A stretch of DNA of 55,726 bases from a virus (Duplodnaviria; Heunggongvirae; Uroviricota; Caudoviricetes): IMG/VR virus record IMGVR_UViG_2916199983_000001, one strand, 5' to 3'. Made by a program: the position numbers and the translations under genes. Below the pieces are notes generated by a model. That model made no database searches. It had not been told where the DNA came from and saw only the letters and a list, made by a program, of their open reading frames with translations. Positions within the stretch are counted from its first letter, which is position 1. Each line of letters opens with the position of its first letter. Of the stretch, positions 10,088-19,097 are shown piece after piece.

Positions 10088-10963
10088 TCAAATTTTTACG
10101 TTGGTCAGCGCGGCGATAGCCTTGTCGTGCTTGTTCGCCAGAGAGCAGTACCACTTAACGCGGGTACGGGTTGCGTCTTTGTTCTGAACAGTACCGATGT
10201 TCTCAACAACGATACCGGCGTTTTCACCGCCATACAGACCAGTCACACCGTTCTCTTCGGACAGGTGCAGGCAGTAGATGCTTGCTTTGCCAGAATCAGT
10301 CGGGATGAAGTCGTTCACGATGAACGGTACACCGTTGTGGCACAGCATCGGACGACCGAAGTTTTCCATCATGATTTCGGACGGGCCGAGGCTAACGGTA
10401 CGCAGCAGAGCGCGATAAGCACGCAGGTGCTCGGAACGCATCATGATGCAGTCTGCGCCCAGATCTTTCACCGCGTCGACCAGCTCGTCGAACATGGAGA
10501 AGGTCATGGAAGCGCCTTCGATGTCGATCTTCTGATCGTCGTGCATCAGCTTCGGAATACCGTCGAACGCTTTGTTGTTGGTGCTGGAGTCGCCCAGAAT
10601 CAGGTTGCGGCGGAATGCGCGAGCCAGACCTTTCACCTTCTGACGAACCTGGATTGCCAGCTGGTTGTTGGTGTCGGACATAGTGGTCGCCAGGAATTTG
10701 TCGACGTCTACGTCGCCTGCCAGGATACGCAGCTTCGCAACGTGTTCGGTGAAGGTTGCAGCGCCTTCGGTGATGGTGTCGTTCACATCAATGAAGGTTG
10801 CTTCGCTCAGGGTAGCTTCGCGGTTGTAGAGGTATGCCTTAGAATTAATCTTCATGAAAGGCAGAACAGCGAACAGGTCATCGCGATCGATGATGGTCTC
10901 GATCACACCCTGCTCAAGTTCGTTGTTAGACAGCTTTTCAGCTTCATCACGCAGTAATGGCAT
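10088..10963 (-). CDS. Major capsid protein (HK97 fold)
   Basis: 291 aa after scaffold; LFAVLPF, AFRRNLILGD, AFDGIPKL and RVKWYCSL motifs typical of HK97-fold capsids. Confidence 0.88.
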   Translation of the reverse strand: MPLLRDEAEKLSNNELEQGVIETIIDRDDLFAVLPFMKINSKAYLYNREATLSEATFIDVNDTITEGAATFTEHVAKLRILAGDVDVDKFLATTMSDTNNQLAIQVRQKVKGLARAFRRNLILGDSSTNNKAFDGIPKLMHDDQKIDIEGASMTFSMFDELVDAVKDLGADCIMMRSEHLRAYRALLRTVSLGPSEIMMENFGRPMLCHNGVPFIVNDFIPTDSGKASIYCLHLSEENGVTGLYGGENAGIVVENIGTVQNKDATRTRVKWYCSLANKHDKAIAALTNVKI

Positions 10964-10989
10964 CTTTCATTTCCCTATGATTTAAGATG

Positions 10990-11886
10990 TTACTTGAGTC
11001 CGATTTTCCCCAGACCGGAGGTCAACTTATCCATAGTCGACTTGCTCTTCGGCTGGTTTACTTTGTGGGTCGGTTTGCTATTGGAACCAGCACCCTGCTT
11101 GGCTTCGCTGCGCAACAGTGCGTCAGCTTCCGGATCTGCACGCAGAATGCGCTCAATCGCGGATTCGAACGGTAACGGTTTGCCTTCACCGTCAACCAGA
11201 ACTGCACGTTCTTTCTGACCGGCTGGCTTATCAAAGCCCACAACACTACCGTCTTCACCCACTTCGAAATGAGAGCCGTAGATAACGCGAGCCTTAGCCG
11301 GAGTCATCAGAACTTTGTCACGCAGGAAGGCAGAGCCGCTGAAGGAAGCGCCAACAGTCATTTCGACCAGTTGGGCCTTCAGTGCGGCGTTCTCGCTCTC
11401 CAGAGCGGAGTAGCGTTCGTCGCGCTGTGCCAGTTCAGCCTGGTGCGCTTCGATCATCTGCTTTTTCACAGCATCGAACTCACCACGGCGTTCCAGTTCA
11501 GCCTGCTCCGCCTCCCGACGTGCGGTTTCTGCGGCTTGTTCAGCTTCGAGAAGCTGGCGAGCACGCGCCGGGTCAATATCACCGTACTGAGCCAGCTGAT
11601 CGGCCAATGTGCGCTCTTTCTCCTTGCGCTTCATGTTCTCTTTCAGCAGGTCAGCACCGGCTTTCTTGGACTTACGCAGTTCTGCCAGCAACTCTTCCTG
11701 AGTCATACCGGCATACTCGTCGTCGTCACCCTTCGGTTGCTCTTTTTGCTCGCCCTGTTTGCCTGGGTCTTGATTGCCCTGCTCATTGTCTCCAGCAGGA
11801 GCACCGCCACCAGCGCCTCCGCGCTCATGCGCTTCAGCTACATCCATCAGGCCACGACGGGCCATAAGCATTTGCCACAGATTCAT
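10990..11886 (-). CDS. Capsid scaffolding protein
   Basis: Acidic, coiled-coil ORF between portal and capsid; low-complexity N-terminus and GAGS C-terminal motif. Confidence 0.75.
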   Translation of the reverse strand: MNLWQMLMARRGLMDVAEAHERGGAGGGAPAGDNEQGNQDPGKQGEQKEQPKGDDDEYAGMTQEELLAELRKSKKAGADLLKENMKRKEKERTLADQLAQYGDIDPARARQLLEAEQAAETARREAEQAELERRGEFDAVKKQMIEAHQAELAQRDERYSALESENAALKAQLVEMTVGASFSGSAFLRDKVLMTPAKARVIYGSHFEVGEDGSVVGFDKPAGQKERAVLVDGEGKPLPFESAIERILRADPEADALLRSEAKQGAGSNSKPTHKVNQPKSKSTMDKLTSGLGKIGLK

Positions 11887-11908
11887 AGAAATTCCTTTTC
11901 GTTACTTA

Positions 11909-13483
11909 TCACTCGGTCTCTTGAGTAGATGAGTCCCCATTCCCTCGGGGTTGATCATGCCCGCTTTCTTGGGCTGTATCTTGATCATAAGTAAGTACTG
12001 ACTTATTTTCAAGGGTGTTAAGATCATTTTTTGGAGGAAATTTCAAGAGATCTTTTTGAAATTCCTTCTGCATCGCATCGGAAATGTTCGGGAAGACCTT
12101 CTCGATGAGCATTTCCATCTGATGACGACGAACAGAATCAGGCGCCTGAAGCAGCGACAGTTTCTCGGCAACGGCAAACTCGTCAGTCAGACCGCGAATG
12201 TCGAAACTTTCCGGGTATGCGATCAGAGAGTGGTCTTCATCCAGTTCGACACCCATCCATTTCGCTGCCAGTTGCATCATCTGGCGCTCTGCCCTTTCGA
12301 GACGTTCTGCTTTCGTCACCAGCAGACTGTTAACGCGCTGGAAGTCGTACATCTTCGCTGCGCCCGAAGAGTTATCGATGCCCTGTGCGTTATCCTGCTT
12401 GGTTCGCTCACCTGCCACGCCAACGGAATGGTAGATCTCGTTAATCACCGTCTTAATCGTGGTGATAATCATCTGGGCCTGTTTCGGGTCCGGAGACAGG
12501 TAGAATGGCTGATTACCGCTCTCAGAGTCGAAGGTGAAGACGCGTTTTGTCCCCATTTCGAGCACTTTGGTGTGGTTTTCATCGCCCGGCAGCAATGACT
12601 GAACCGGGATCGCCAGCTGGCTGAATGTCTGATCCTGAATAATCGCGTCAAGGTTCGACAGGTAGTTGGCCACGGCGCGATCAAGATAGGCGATATCGTC
12701 AATCAACGACGGGCTGAAATACGGAGACTCGCTTTCACCAATGCAATCCACCGGGAACACCGGCACCACGCCCAGATTATGCTGGCCGCTATCCTCCAGA
12801 ACGACTTTGGCCTGACGGCGACCGCTATTTCCGGAACCTTTCTTCACTTCTTCACGGAACAGATACCACTCGTTTTGCGTCCACAGACGGTAACGCTGGT
12901 ATTCCTGTCCGGTTGAAGTGAACGGATCTTCGTCGTCGCGCGCGATTTCAACAATTAGCGCCCACAACATATTGCCGTCTTCATCCCAGGCAACATCAAG
13001 CAGCTGCTGCGGCGAAATCCAGTATGCGTAGGCACGCGCATCATTTTTCTTCTCGTCTGCAACAGACTCAACATCGACGTTCATCGTGCTGTCCACGACA
13101 ACCCAGATACGGCCATAAATGGATGATTGCAGATCGATAGCCGCCATAAACGCATCGATGGAGGCGTTCTGGCGCGTGGCTCGCTTCCAGAAATTGCGGA
13201 TCTGCTCCGGTGCTTCATCAGTGTTGCGGTGAATGACCTCTTTGAAGAGGTATTTGTTGATGAGGTTTACCACTTCGCGCGTATGGTTGAAGCGATAAGC
13301 GCGTTCCAGGCGCTCTTTGAACTCCTGATCGCCCTCTTTGAAGTAACGGAAGATATTGTCGTTGAACCAGGCACGCCCGCCAGCGTAGGTGCTGGCGAGG
13401 AAGTCCCAATGTTCTTTTTTCTTCTCATATTCAGGGTGGCGTCGTGCCACAAGGTCTTTGATTTGCTTGTCAGTCAATTCCAT
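11909..13483 (-). CDS. Portal protein
   Basis: 524 aa directly after TerL; WDFLASTYAGG, SIYGRIWVVVD, VPVFPV and SSGAAKMYDF motifs. Confidence 0.88.
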   Translation of the reverse strand: MELTDKQIKDLVARRHPEYEKKKEHWDFLASTYAGGRAWFNDNIFRYFKEGDQEFKERLERAYRFNHTREVVNLINKYLFKEVIHRNTDEAPEQIRNFWKRATRQNASIDAFMAAIDLQSSIYGRIWVVVDSTMNVDVESVADEKKNDARAYAYWISPQQLLDVAWDEDGNMLWALIVEIARDDEDPFTSTGQEYQRYRLWTQNEWYLFREEVKKGSGNSGRRQAKVVLEDSGQHNLGVVPVFPVDCIGESESPYFSPSLIDDIAYLDRAVANYLSNLDAIIQDQTFSQLAIPVQSLLPGDENHTKVLEMGTKRVFTFDSESGNQPFYLSPDPKQAQMIITTIKTVINEIYHSVGVAGERTKQDNAQGIDNSSGAAKMYDFQRVNSLLVTKAERLERAERQMMQLAAKWMGVELDEDHSLIAYPESFDIRGLTDEFAVAEKLSLLQAPDSVRRHQMEMLIEKVFPNISDAMQKEFQKDLLKFPPKNDLNTLENKSVLTYDQDTAQESGHDQPRGNGDSSTQETE

Positions 13484-13516
13484 TTGCTTTTCCTTTCCGT
13501 TTAGGTAAGTACTTAC

Positions 13517-14773
13517 CTATCTAGATCCGCCAAGAATAACACGATTTTTCACCGGATACCTACGATGAACCGGATAACCCAACGCATCCGCACTGTGTTC
13601 GATGCCGCCAGTCTTATCCATATCGCGTGAGCCTGGCTTGTAGATCACCTTCTCCAGCGAGTCGATGAGGTGTTTGCACTTCGGATCGATGTACAACCGG
13701 GTTTCGCCCGAGGCACTCATCAACATGCGGTTCACTGCGTTAACACGGTCTGCGATCGGCGGGTGCTTCTTCGGATAATCGACTCGAAGGAAACCTTTTT
13801 CCTTGAAGATATCGACGTCCGATTCACCGCGTGCGTGCTGGCGATACGCACCTGCCGGGTCAGGGAAGATAGTGACCTGAGACTTCCAGCGCCAGAAACG
13901 ACGCTCCAGCTCATCACACACTTCAGCCGTGTTGGAAGAGAACAGCACAACCTCGTCCACGGCCCACAGCTCACCATTTGGCTGCGGCTGCAGGATGACC
14001 GATGACATAGGGTCGATGTTGAAGTCCTGACCAACCCAGATCGGCAGTTTCGGATTGAACTGGAGTGGCTTCACATGCACATTGCGGTCGAACGGGTAGT
14101 AAACGCGTCCGGACATGTTTTCGAAGCTGGCCAGGTATTCCTGCGCGAACGATTTAGGGTCCATATCGTTCTTCGCCGCTTCGATTTCCGCGCTCGGTAC
14201 GAACGGAGAATCGGCCGTAACGAACTGCCAGCTCTTCCACTGCCCTTTGCGTTGCAAATCTTTGTTCTGACCGATAGTCCACAGCTTGTGGAACTCGGAG
14301 AAGCCTTTTGGCGTACCGATGATCAGCGCACCGCCACGGGTAGAGGACAGTGTCGGACGCAGTACCTTGTACCAGGTGTCAGGCTTCATATCCTGAAATT
14401 CATCGAGCACCACGAAGTGCAGTGCCACACCACGAAGCGTATCGGGCTTATCCGCACCTTTCAGCGCGATTTCAGAGCCGTTCTTCAGCACAATGGTCAT
14501 CGTGGTGTCGTTTTTCTTACGAACCCATTTACGAGGCAGAACTTCCTGCAGGTCATCCCACAAGATCTGGCGAGCCATCTGGTAAGTCGGTGCGACGTAC
14601 CAGACACGTTGCTTTTTCTCTTTGGCTGCCGCGCGGATGATGGTGGAGATCGACAACCGGGATTTACCCCAGCGTCGACCCGCACACACCACTTTGAAAC
14701 GATGTGGTGACTGGAAGACTTGCATCTGCCCAGAATGCAGCTGTACGAGACTCAGAGACGACGGGATGGCCAT
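13517..14773 (-). CDS. terL: Terminase large subunit
   Basis: Walker A AGRRWGKS, LRG..LHFVVLDE Walker B, IGTPKG coupling motif, RNaseH-like GQDFN and HSADALGY. Confidence 0.95.
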   Translation of the reverse strand: MAIPSSLSLVQLHSGQMQVFQSPHRFKVVCAGRRWGKSRLSISTIIRAAAKEKKQRVWYVAPTYQMARQILWDDLQEVLPRKWVRKKNDTTMTIVLKNGSEIALKGADKPDTLRGVALHFVVLDEFQDMKPDTWYKVLRPTLSSTRGGALIIGTPKGFSEFHKLWTIGQNKDLQRKGQWKSWQFVTADSPFVPSAEIEAAKNDMDPKSFAQEYLASFENMSGRVYYPFDRNVHVKPLQFNPKLPIWVGQDFNIDPMSSVILQPQPNGELWAVDEVVLFSSNTAEVCDELERRFWRWKSQVTIFPDPAGAYRQHARGESDVDIFKEKGFLRVDYPKKHPPIADRVNAVNRMLMSASGETRLYIDPKCKHLIDSLEKVIYKPGSRDMDKTGGIEHSADALGYPVHRRYPVKNRVILGGSR

Positions 14774-14775
14774 AG

Positions 14776-15417
14776 TTAGACGCTCCCATCACTTTCATCA
14801 CCAGACGCGTCAGAATCGCCCTCTGCTTCGCTCAGTGCTTCCTCTTCGAGCGACTCAAGCAGATCGTCATCAATCAGATCCGGCTCATCATCTTCCTTAC
14901 GCAGCTGCGCCACCTGGGAAGGCGTAAGTTCGCCAAATACCAGGTTCGGGATTTCGTCGTCTTCGTTCTCTGCGCGATCCATACCGAGCGCTTTCGAGGA
15001 TATTTCGAAGCACTTAGCGAGTGTGCCGCTGGCACGCTGGAGACTCTTCAGGTCATCTTCGATGGTTGCCAGTGGCTTGCCGTCCTTCTTGGCTGTGGCC
15101 ACCTCATGCATCACCATTCGACCGAGTGCGAACGCCCAATCGTCGTAACGAGTCCGGCGCTCTTCGATTTTCTCTGCACGCGCCTTTGCACGCAGCTCTG
15201 CGTCGGATTTGAGCGACTCGCGCACCATCTTCCCAACGGAGTCCGCGCCTTTCTCTAATCCACGCTTTTTGAAATGTCTGGAGAGCGTTTCACGACGAAT
15301 GCCGTACTCTTCCTCCAGCTTGGAGAGTGTGTATTCACCGGAAGTCCACTTTGCTTCGGCTTCTGCCCACTCAGCTGGCGTCAGGCGAGTTTTGCTCTCG
15401 TCTTTTTCTACAGTCAT
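14776..15417 (-). CDS. terS: Terminase small subunit
   Basis: N-terminal HTH (TLSKLEEEYGIRRETLSRHF) immediately upstream of terL. Confidence 0.7.
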   Translation of the reverse strand: MTVEKDESKTRLTPAEWAEAEAKWTSGEYTLSKLEEEYGIRRETLSRHFKKRGLEKGADSVGKMVRESLKSDAELRAKARAEKIEERRTRYDDWAFALGRMVMHEVATAKKDGKPLATIEDDLKSLQRASGTLAKCFEISSKALGMDRAENEDDEIPNLVFGELTPSQVAQLRKEDDEPDLIDDDLLESLEEEALSEAEGDSDASGDESDGSV

Positions 15418-15509
15418 AGATCCCTCTAAAACACTCAGAGCGCATCCTTGCGCTCCTAAACAACTTGTTTAATTCTGTGCCTAACCAATTTGTTTTCTGG
15501 GTGTTTAAA

Positions 15510-15610
15510 ACCGGGCTGGGGAGTATTCAGAGCCTGCTTCCGTATATATTTAATAAGTCACTTAGTATTTATATATACGGAAGCAGGCTCTCAAACTGGC
15601 TCCCAGACCG
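15510..15610. repeat. Long inverted-repeat element, copy 1
   Basis: Perfect 21-bp arms 15529-15549 and 15571-15591 around a 21-nt AT-rich core, plus imperfect outer arms. Confidence 0.9.
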
Positions 15611-15612
15611 AC

Positions 15613-15879
15613 TTACATCACCAGTAATTTGGCTCTGGCACGACCTAACGTGGTCAGTCCCAGCGTGCGACGGTGGTAGCCGGAATCACCGCGCTGGCGG
15701 CACATTCCTTTCTCCACCAGCCCCTTTTTCACCAGTGCGCGGATAGAGAACTGCATACTCTGTTTGGTCGTTTTGTACGGCAGCACTTCAAGCAGCTCGT
15801 CCAGATCGAGCAGATGCCCACGCTCATGGCCTAAATTGATGGTTTTGATGATGTCTTTTTGTTTGTCGGTCAACGTCAT
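15613..15879 (-). CDS. Small winged-helix DNA-binding protein
   Basis: LDLDELLEVL...SMQFSIRALVKKGLVEK...LGLTTLGR matches MarR-like wHTH pattern. Confidence 0.65.
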   Translation of the reverse strand: MTLTDKQKDIIKTINLGHERGHLLDLDELLEVLPYKTTKQSMQFSIRALVKKGLVEKGMCRQRGDSGYHRRTLGLTTLGRARAKLLVM

Positions 15880-15888
15880 GGCAAATCC

Positions 15889-16788
15889 TTATGCCGGTAA
15901 TGCAATTTCAAGAGGTTTATTCAAAGGCTGTTTGTCGAATGCCAGCAGTGGCAACGTGTCCGGCAGCTGACGACCAAAGTCCGGGTTTCGGTACACGCCA
16001 TACAGCGGAGAGGTGAAGCTCAGGTTGTGAATGTCCTTGAGCAGCTTCACGATGCTGGCCTCGTCCACCAGGCTGTCGGCAATGTCCTGAATCGTCGTGC
16101 CACGATTACGCCCGGCTTTGGCCAGGGAACTGTTCTTGTGGTAGTCAGCGACCAAATCACGCAGCGCACGACGACGGCGAGACTCACTCATGGCGAACAG
16201 CTCTTTGACGATCGCTTCGTTGTCACCAGGGTCGGAACGGAAATGACGCTGGAAGACGCGCAACGCACTCTCGTAGCTCTTCGGACGCTCCGGACGGATG
16301 AACTGGAACCCTGCTTTCATGGCGAACGGGTTGTATTTGCTCATCGACGACTGGATCTCGATGATTGGCCGGTCGTGCATCCTGCTAACCAGGTTAATCA
16401 TTCGATAGGAGACGCCGACGCCGCGGTACTGAGTGTCCACAACGGAACGGCTGATCACTGCAAAGTTGTTGTTCACGTACCGGCCCCAATACTGGTTGGC
16501 CACGGTGGTATTGGTGGTTGGCTTCAGCTTAGGAAACATGCGATGGCGAGGCGCCAGCAGCAGTTTCGGGTAAGCCATAACCACGACGCCCACCAGCCGG
16601 TCGTCCAGTTCGCAGCGATAATACGTTGGCGCGAACGGCTTACCATCCGTCTTGTAGTGCAGCGACTTCAGCGCGTGCCAGTCTTCAACCGTGCCTTTGG
16701 TAACGGTCATACGCTCCAGAAAGTCCAGATGACGCGGGAACTCTTCCGGGCGGTAGCGTTTGATGATGATGTCTGTCATGTCGATCAC
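15889..16788 (-). CDS. GNAT-fold acetyltransferase
   Basis: W..LKSLHY, LVGVVV and ISRSVVDTQYRGVGVS (R/QxxGxG/A acetyl-CoA motif). Confidence 0.7.
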   Translation of the reverse strand: MIDMTDIIIKRYRPEEFPRHLDFLERMTVTKGTVEDWHALKSLHYKTDGKPFAPTYYRCELDDRLVGVVVMAYPKLLLAPRHRMFPKLKPTTNTTVANQYWGRYVNNNFAVISRSVVDTQYRGVGVSYRMINLVSRMHDRPIIEIQSSMSKYNPFAMKAGFQFIRPERPKSYESALRVFQRHFRSDPGDNEAIVKELFAMSESRRRRALRDLVADYHKNSSLAKAGRNRGTTIQDIADSLVDEASIVKLLKDIHNLSFTSPLYGVYRNPDFGRQLPDTLPLLAFDKQPLNKPLEIALPA

Positions 16789-17039
16789 CTGCGCTCGATA
16801 TTGGCATTGATGAAGTCCAGGCGAAGCGATTCCATCGCCCCAACCATGACGTATGGACGCCCACCGTTATGCCAGCAATCCAGAACACTGCCGTCGTTGT
16901 TAATCATCAGCAGCGCCAGGCTCTGGCTTTTGCCTTCTCTGGCGTACTGGAGTGCTTCTTCCAGCAGGCGGATGACTTCAAGGTTGTTGTTATCTGCCTC
17001 TTTCGATGGTTTCAGCTCTACGATCTTCAAATCAGGCAT
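16785..17039 (-). CDS. Hypothetical protein
   Basis: 84 aa ORF overlapping both neighbours (translational coupling). Confidence 0.65.
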   Translation of the reverse strand: MPDLKIVELKPSKEADNNNLEVIRLLEEALQYAREGKSQSLALLMINNDGSVLDCWHNGGRPYVMVGAMESLRLDFINANIERR

Positions 17040-17670
17040 ATTCCACCTTCACGCGTTCTTTGTAGTGCTTGGTAATCTGCATATCCGGGCGCAGCGCGTT
17101 CTTCAGGTCTTCGTGGGTCGTCGCCACCATTACCGTCGCACCAACCTTTCGAGCGGCACGCTGGAGGTTCGACGCCACAACCTGAGCGGTTACACGGTCG
17201 AGAACAGCGCCAAATTCGTCGGCTGCCCAGACTTTGGCGCCTGACTCGATCAGCTTGGCAATCTTGAGGCGGTATTTCTGGCCGTCAGACATCTCGGATG
17301 GCTTGCGCACAAAGAGATAGGCGTCATTCAATCCGGCCATAGACAGCAGCCCCAGCGCTTCGCTGGTGGTTTTGCCCAGCTGGTCGATGACGTTAACCTC
17401 ATTGTCGAAGGTAAAGTCATCGATGGAGGCTACAGAAAGCCCTTCATCCTTCATCTGGCGTTGCAGTTCGCGCAGCACAACGGATTTGCCGGAACCGGAT
17501 TGGCCGGTGATGTACACCACATCGCCCTGCTTCACTTCCAGCTCCAGATTGTCGTAAAGCGTCCACTCTTTTTCGTCCAGGCCAAGACCGAACGATTCGG
17601 CAATCTCCAGCGTGCGCGTGGTTTTGTTCACGCGGGTCTGAAACGATACATTGATGGTGTATTTGCTCAC
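17032..17670 (-). CDS. Soluble ABC-type ATPase (no membrane partner)
   Basis: Walker A GQSGSGKS, signature MSDGQ, Walker B AADEFG, H-loop ATTH. Confidence 0.88.
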   Translation of the reverse strand: MSKYTINVSFQTRVNKTTRTLEIAESFGLGLDEKEWTLYDNLELEVKQGDVVYITGQSGSGKSVVLRELQRQMKDEGLSVASIDDFTFDNEVNVIDQLGKTTSEALGLLSMAGLNDAYLFVRKPSEMSDGQKYRLKIAKLIESGAKVWAADEFGAVLDRVTAQVVASNLQRAARKVGATVMVATTHEDLKNALRPDMQITKHYKERVKVEYA

Positions 17671-18335
17671 GCAGCCAGCTCCCCTGAAGAAACTTTCTCC
17701 GCATATGCCACGAAAGCGTCTACCCCGCTCTCTCCCGTGATTTCTTCCATGTGGGCAAGCAAATCCCCAACCACAATGGCAGAGCCAGCAGGGAGCGTTT
17801 TAAAGCCCAATACGTCGATGACGCGGACTTCTTCAGAGGCTACTTCGCGACTGATCTCGGTGTGCTCTTCTTTCTGGCGTTCCGTCTCTTCGCCCAGATC
17901 GAGCACCAGAGAGCCGGTTTCCATCTCTTCGGTCATGCTGCCGACAAGCACGTTCAGCTCGCGCTCTTCAAAACCGAAGACCTCGACGTCGCCCAGCACC
18001 AGGGATTCCAGTTCCTGCTGCAATTTGATGGCGTCGTAGTCAATACTGGCCAGGCGGTTGTCTTCCAGACGCTTCGCCTTCACTTCTTCTTCGCTCAGAT
18101 CGTCGCGAACGATGACCGGCACACGCTCCAGACCAGCCAGAAGTGCCGCCTCGCGACGACCGTGGCCAGTAATGATGACGTCGTGCTTGTCGACCGTGAT
18201 CGGCTGGTCAAAACCGCGCTTTTTGATGGCGGCCGCCAGGTCGCGGATCTGCTGTTCGTCATGTTTTTTGGCGTTCATCTCATACGGGATGAGTTCTGCC
18301 GGGTTTCGATAGACGATTTCAAAGTTTTTGGTCAT
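17667..18335 (-). CDS. ParB/sulfiredoxin N-terminal domain protein
   Basis: LIPYEMNAKKH, GFDQPITV and IITGHGRREAA motifs; ATG at 18335 overlaps upstream TAA. Confidence 0.85.
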   Translation of the reverse strand: MTKNFEIVYRNPAELIPYEMNAKKHDEQQIRDLAAAIKKRGFDQPITVDKHDVIITGHGRREAALLAGLERVPVIVRDDLSEEEVKAKRLEDNRLASIDYDAIKLQQELESLVLGDVEVFGFEERELNVLVGSMTEEMETGSLVLDLGEETERQKEEHTEISREVASEEVRVIDVLGFKTLPAGSAIVVGDLLAHMEEITGESGVDAFVAYAEKVSSGELAA

Positions 18336-19015
18336 TACATACGCTCCTTGTAGTAGTCGACCAGCCACACCAGGGCTTCCCCGGCGTTCTCCATTTCGTT
18401 ACCGGTATTGATTCCCTGCTCTTTGATGATGGTTTTGATGGTGTCGGCGACGCGATCTGACGCATCAAACGTCACTTTGAAGCGCATCGTCTGGTGTTCA
18501 GCGCCGACTCGCTCGGTTTTCTCGCGTTTGTCCTCATCGACCGGCTCGTCATCGCCACGGGAGAGCGCTTCCAGCGCTTCAAGATCGATAACGGACGCTT
18601 TGGCGAGTGTTGCCGCCATTTCGTCGTCATACGGGGCGATATCGGACAACCGGTAGTCGATTTCAGACTGGATTTCTTCGATTAAGCGCTGCAAAGCGAC
18701 CTGATCGTCTTCGCCGTAGCGTTCGTTATCGACGAGAGACATCTGTTTGGCCACCAGGTCGTTAATTTTGCCCACGGAGATGACGGGAACCGTTGAAATG
18801 CCCTGCTCCATCGCGGCACGCCAGCGGTGTTCGCCACCGAGGATCTCAAAAATGCCCCCGTCCAGCTCCCGCGCCAGAATTGGCTTAAAAAAGCCCAATT
18901 TTTCGATCGAGCCTTTCAGTTTTTCGAAGTTTTGCGCCCCAACGGAGTTGGTATTCCAGGGATTCGGACGCAGGTTCGCGACTTCCACCTGCAGAATCGT
19001 AATTTTCACATCCAT
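18335..19015 (-). CDS. ParB/sulfiredoxin N-terminal domain protein
   Basis: LRPNPWN, GFFKPIL and ILGGEHRWRAA motifs. Confidence 0.85.
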   Translation of the reverse strand: MDVKITILQVEVANLRPNPWNTNSVGAQNFEKLKGSIEKLGFFKPILARELDGGIFEILGGEHRWRAAMEQGISTVPVISVGKINDLVAKQMSLVDNERYGEDDQVALQRLIEEIQSEIDYRLSDIAPYDDEMAATLAKASVIDLEALEALSRGDDEPVDEDKREKTERVGAEHQTMRFKVTFDASDRVADTIKTIIKEQGINTGNEMENAGEALVWLVDYYKERM

Positions 19016-19097
19016 AATTCTGATACAATCCATTGTATAAGTACTTACTTACTATAATAGCCAATTACCATACAAAAGGCACGAAGGAAAGAGGTTT

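Noticed and set aside
15510-15610. Protelomerase telRL site
   Set aside because: Centre is asymmetric rather than a perfect palindrome, there are two copies, and no protelomerase gene is seen in the window
17032-17670. ABC transporter
   Set aside because: No transmembrane or substrate-binding partner nearby; context is GNAT/ParB/terminase
17667-19015. Plasmid partition parAB locus
   Set aside because: No ParA adjacent; both proteins show only the ParB N-domain without an evident HTH
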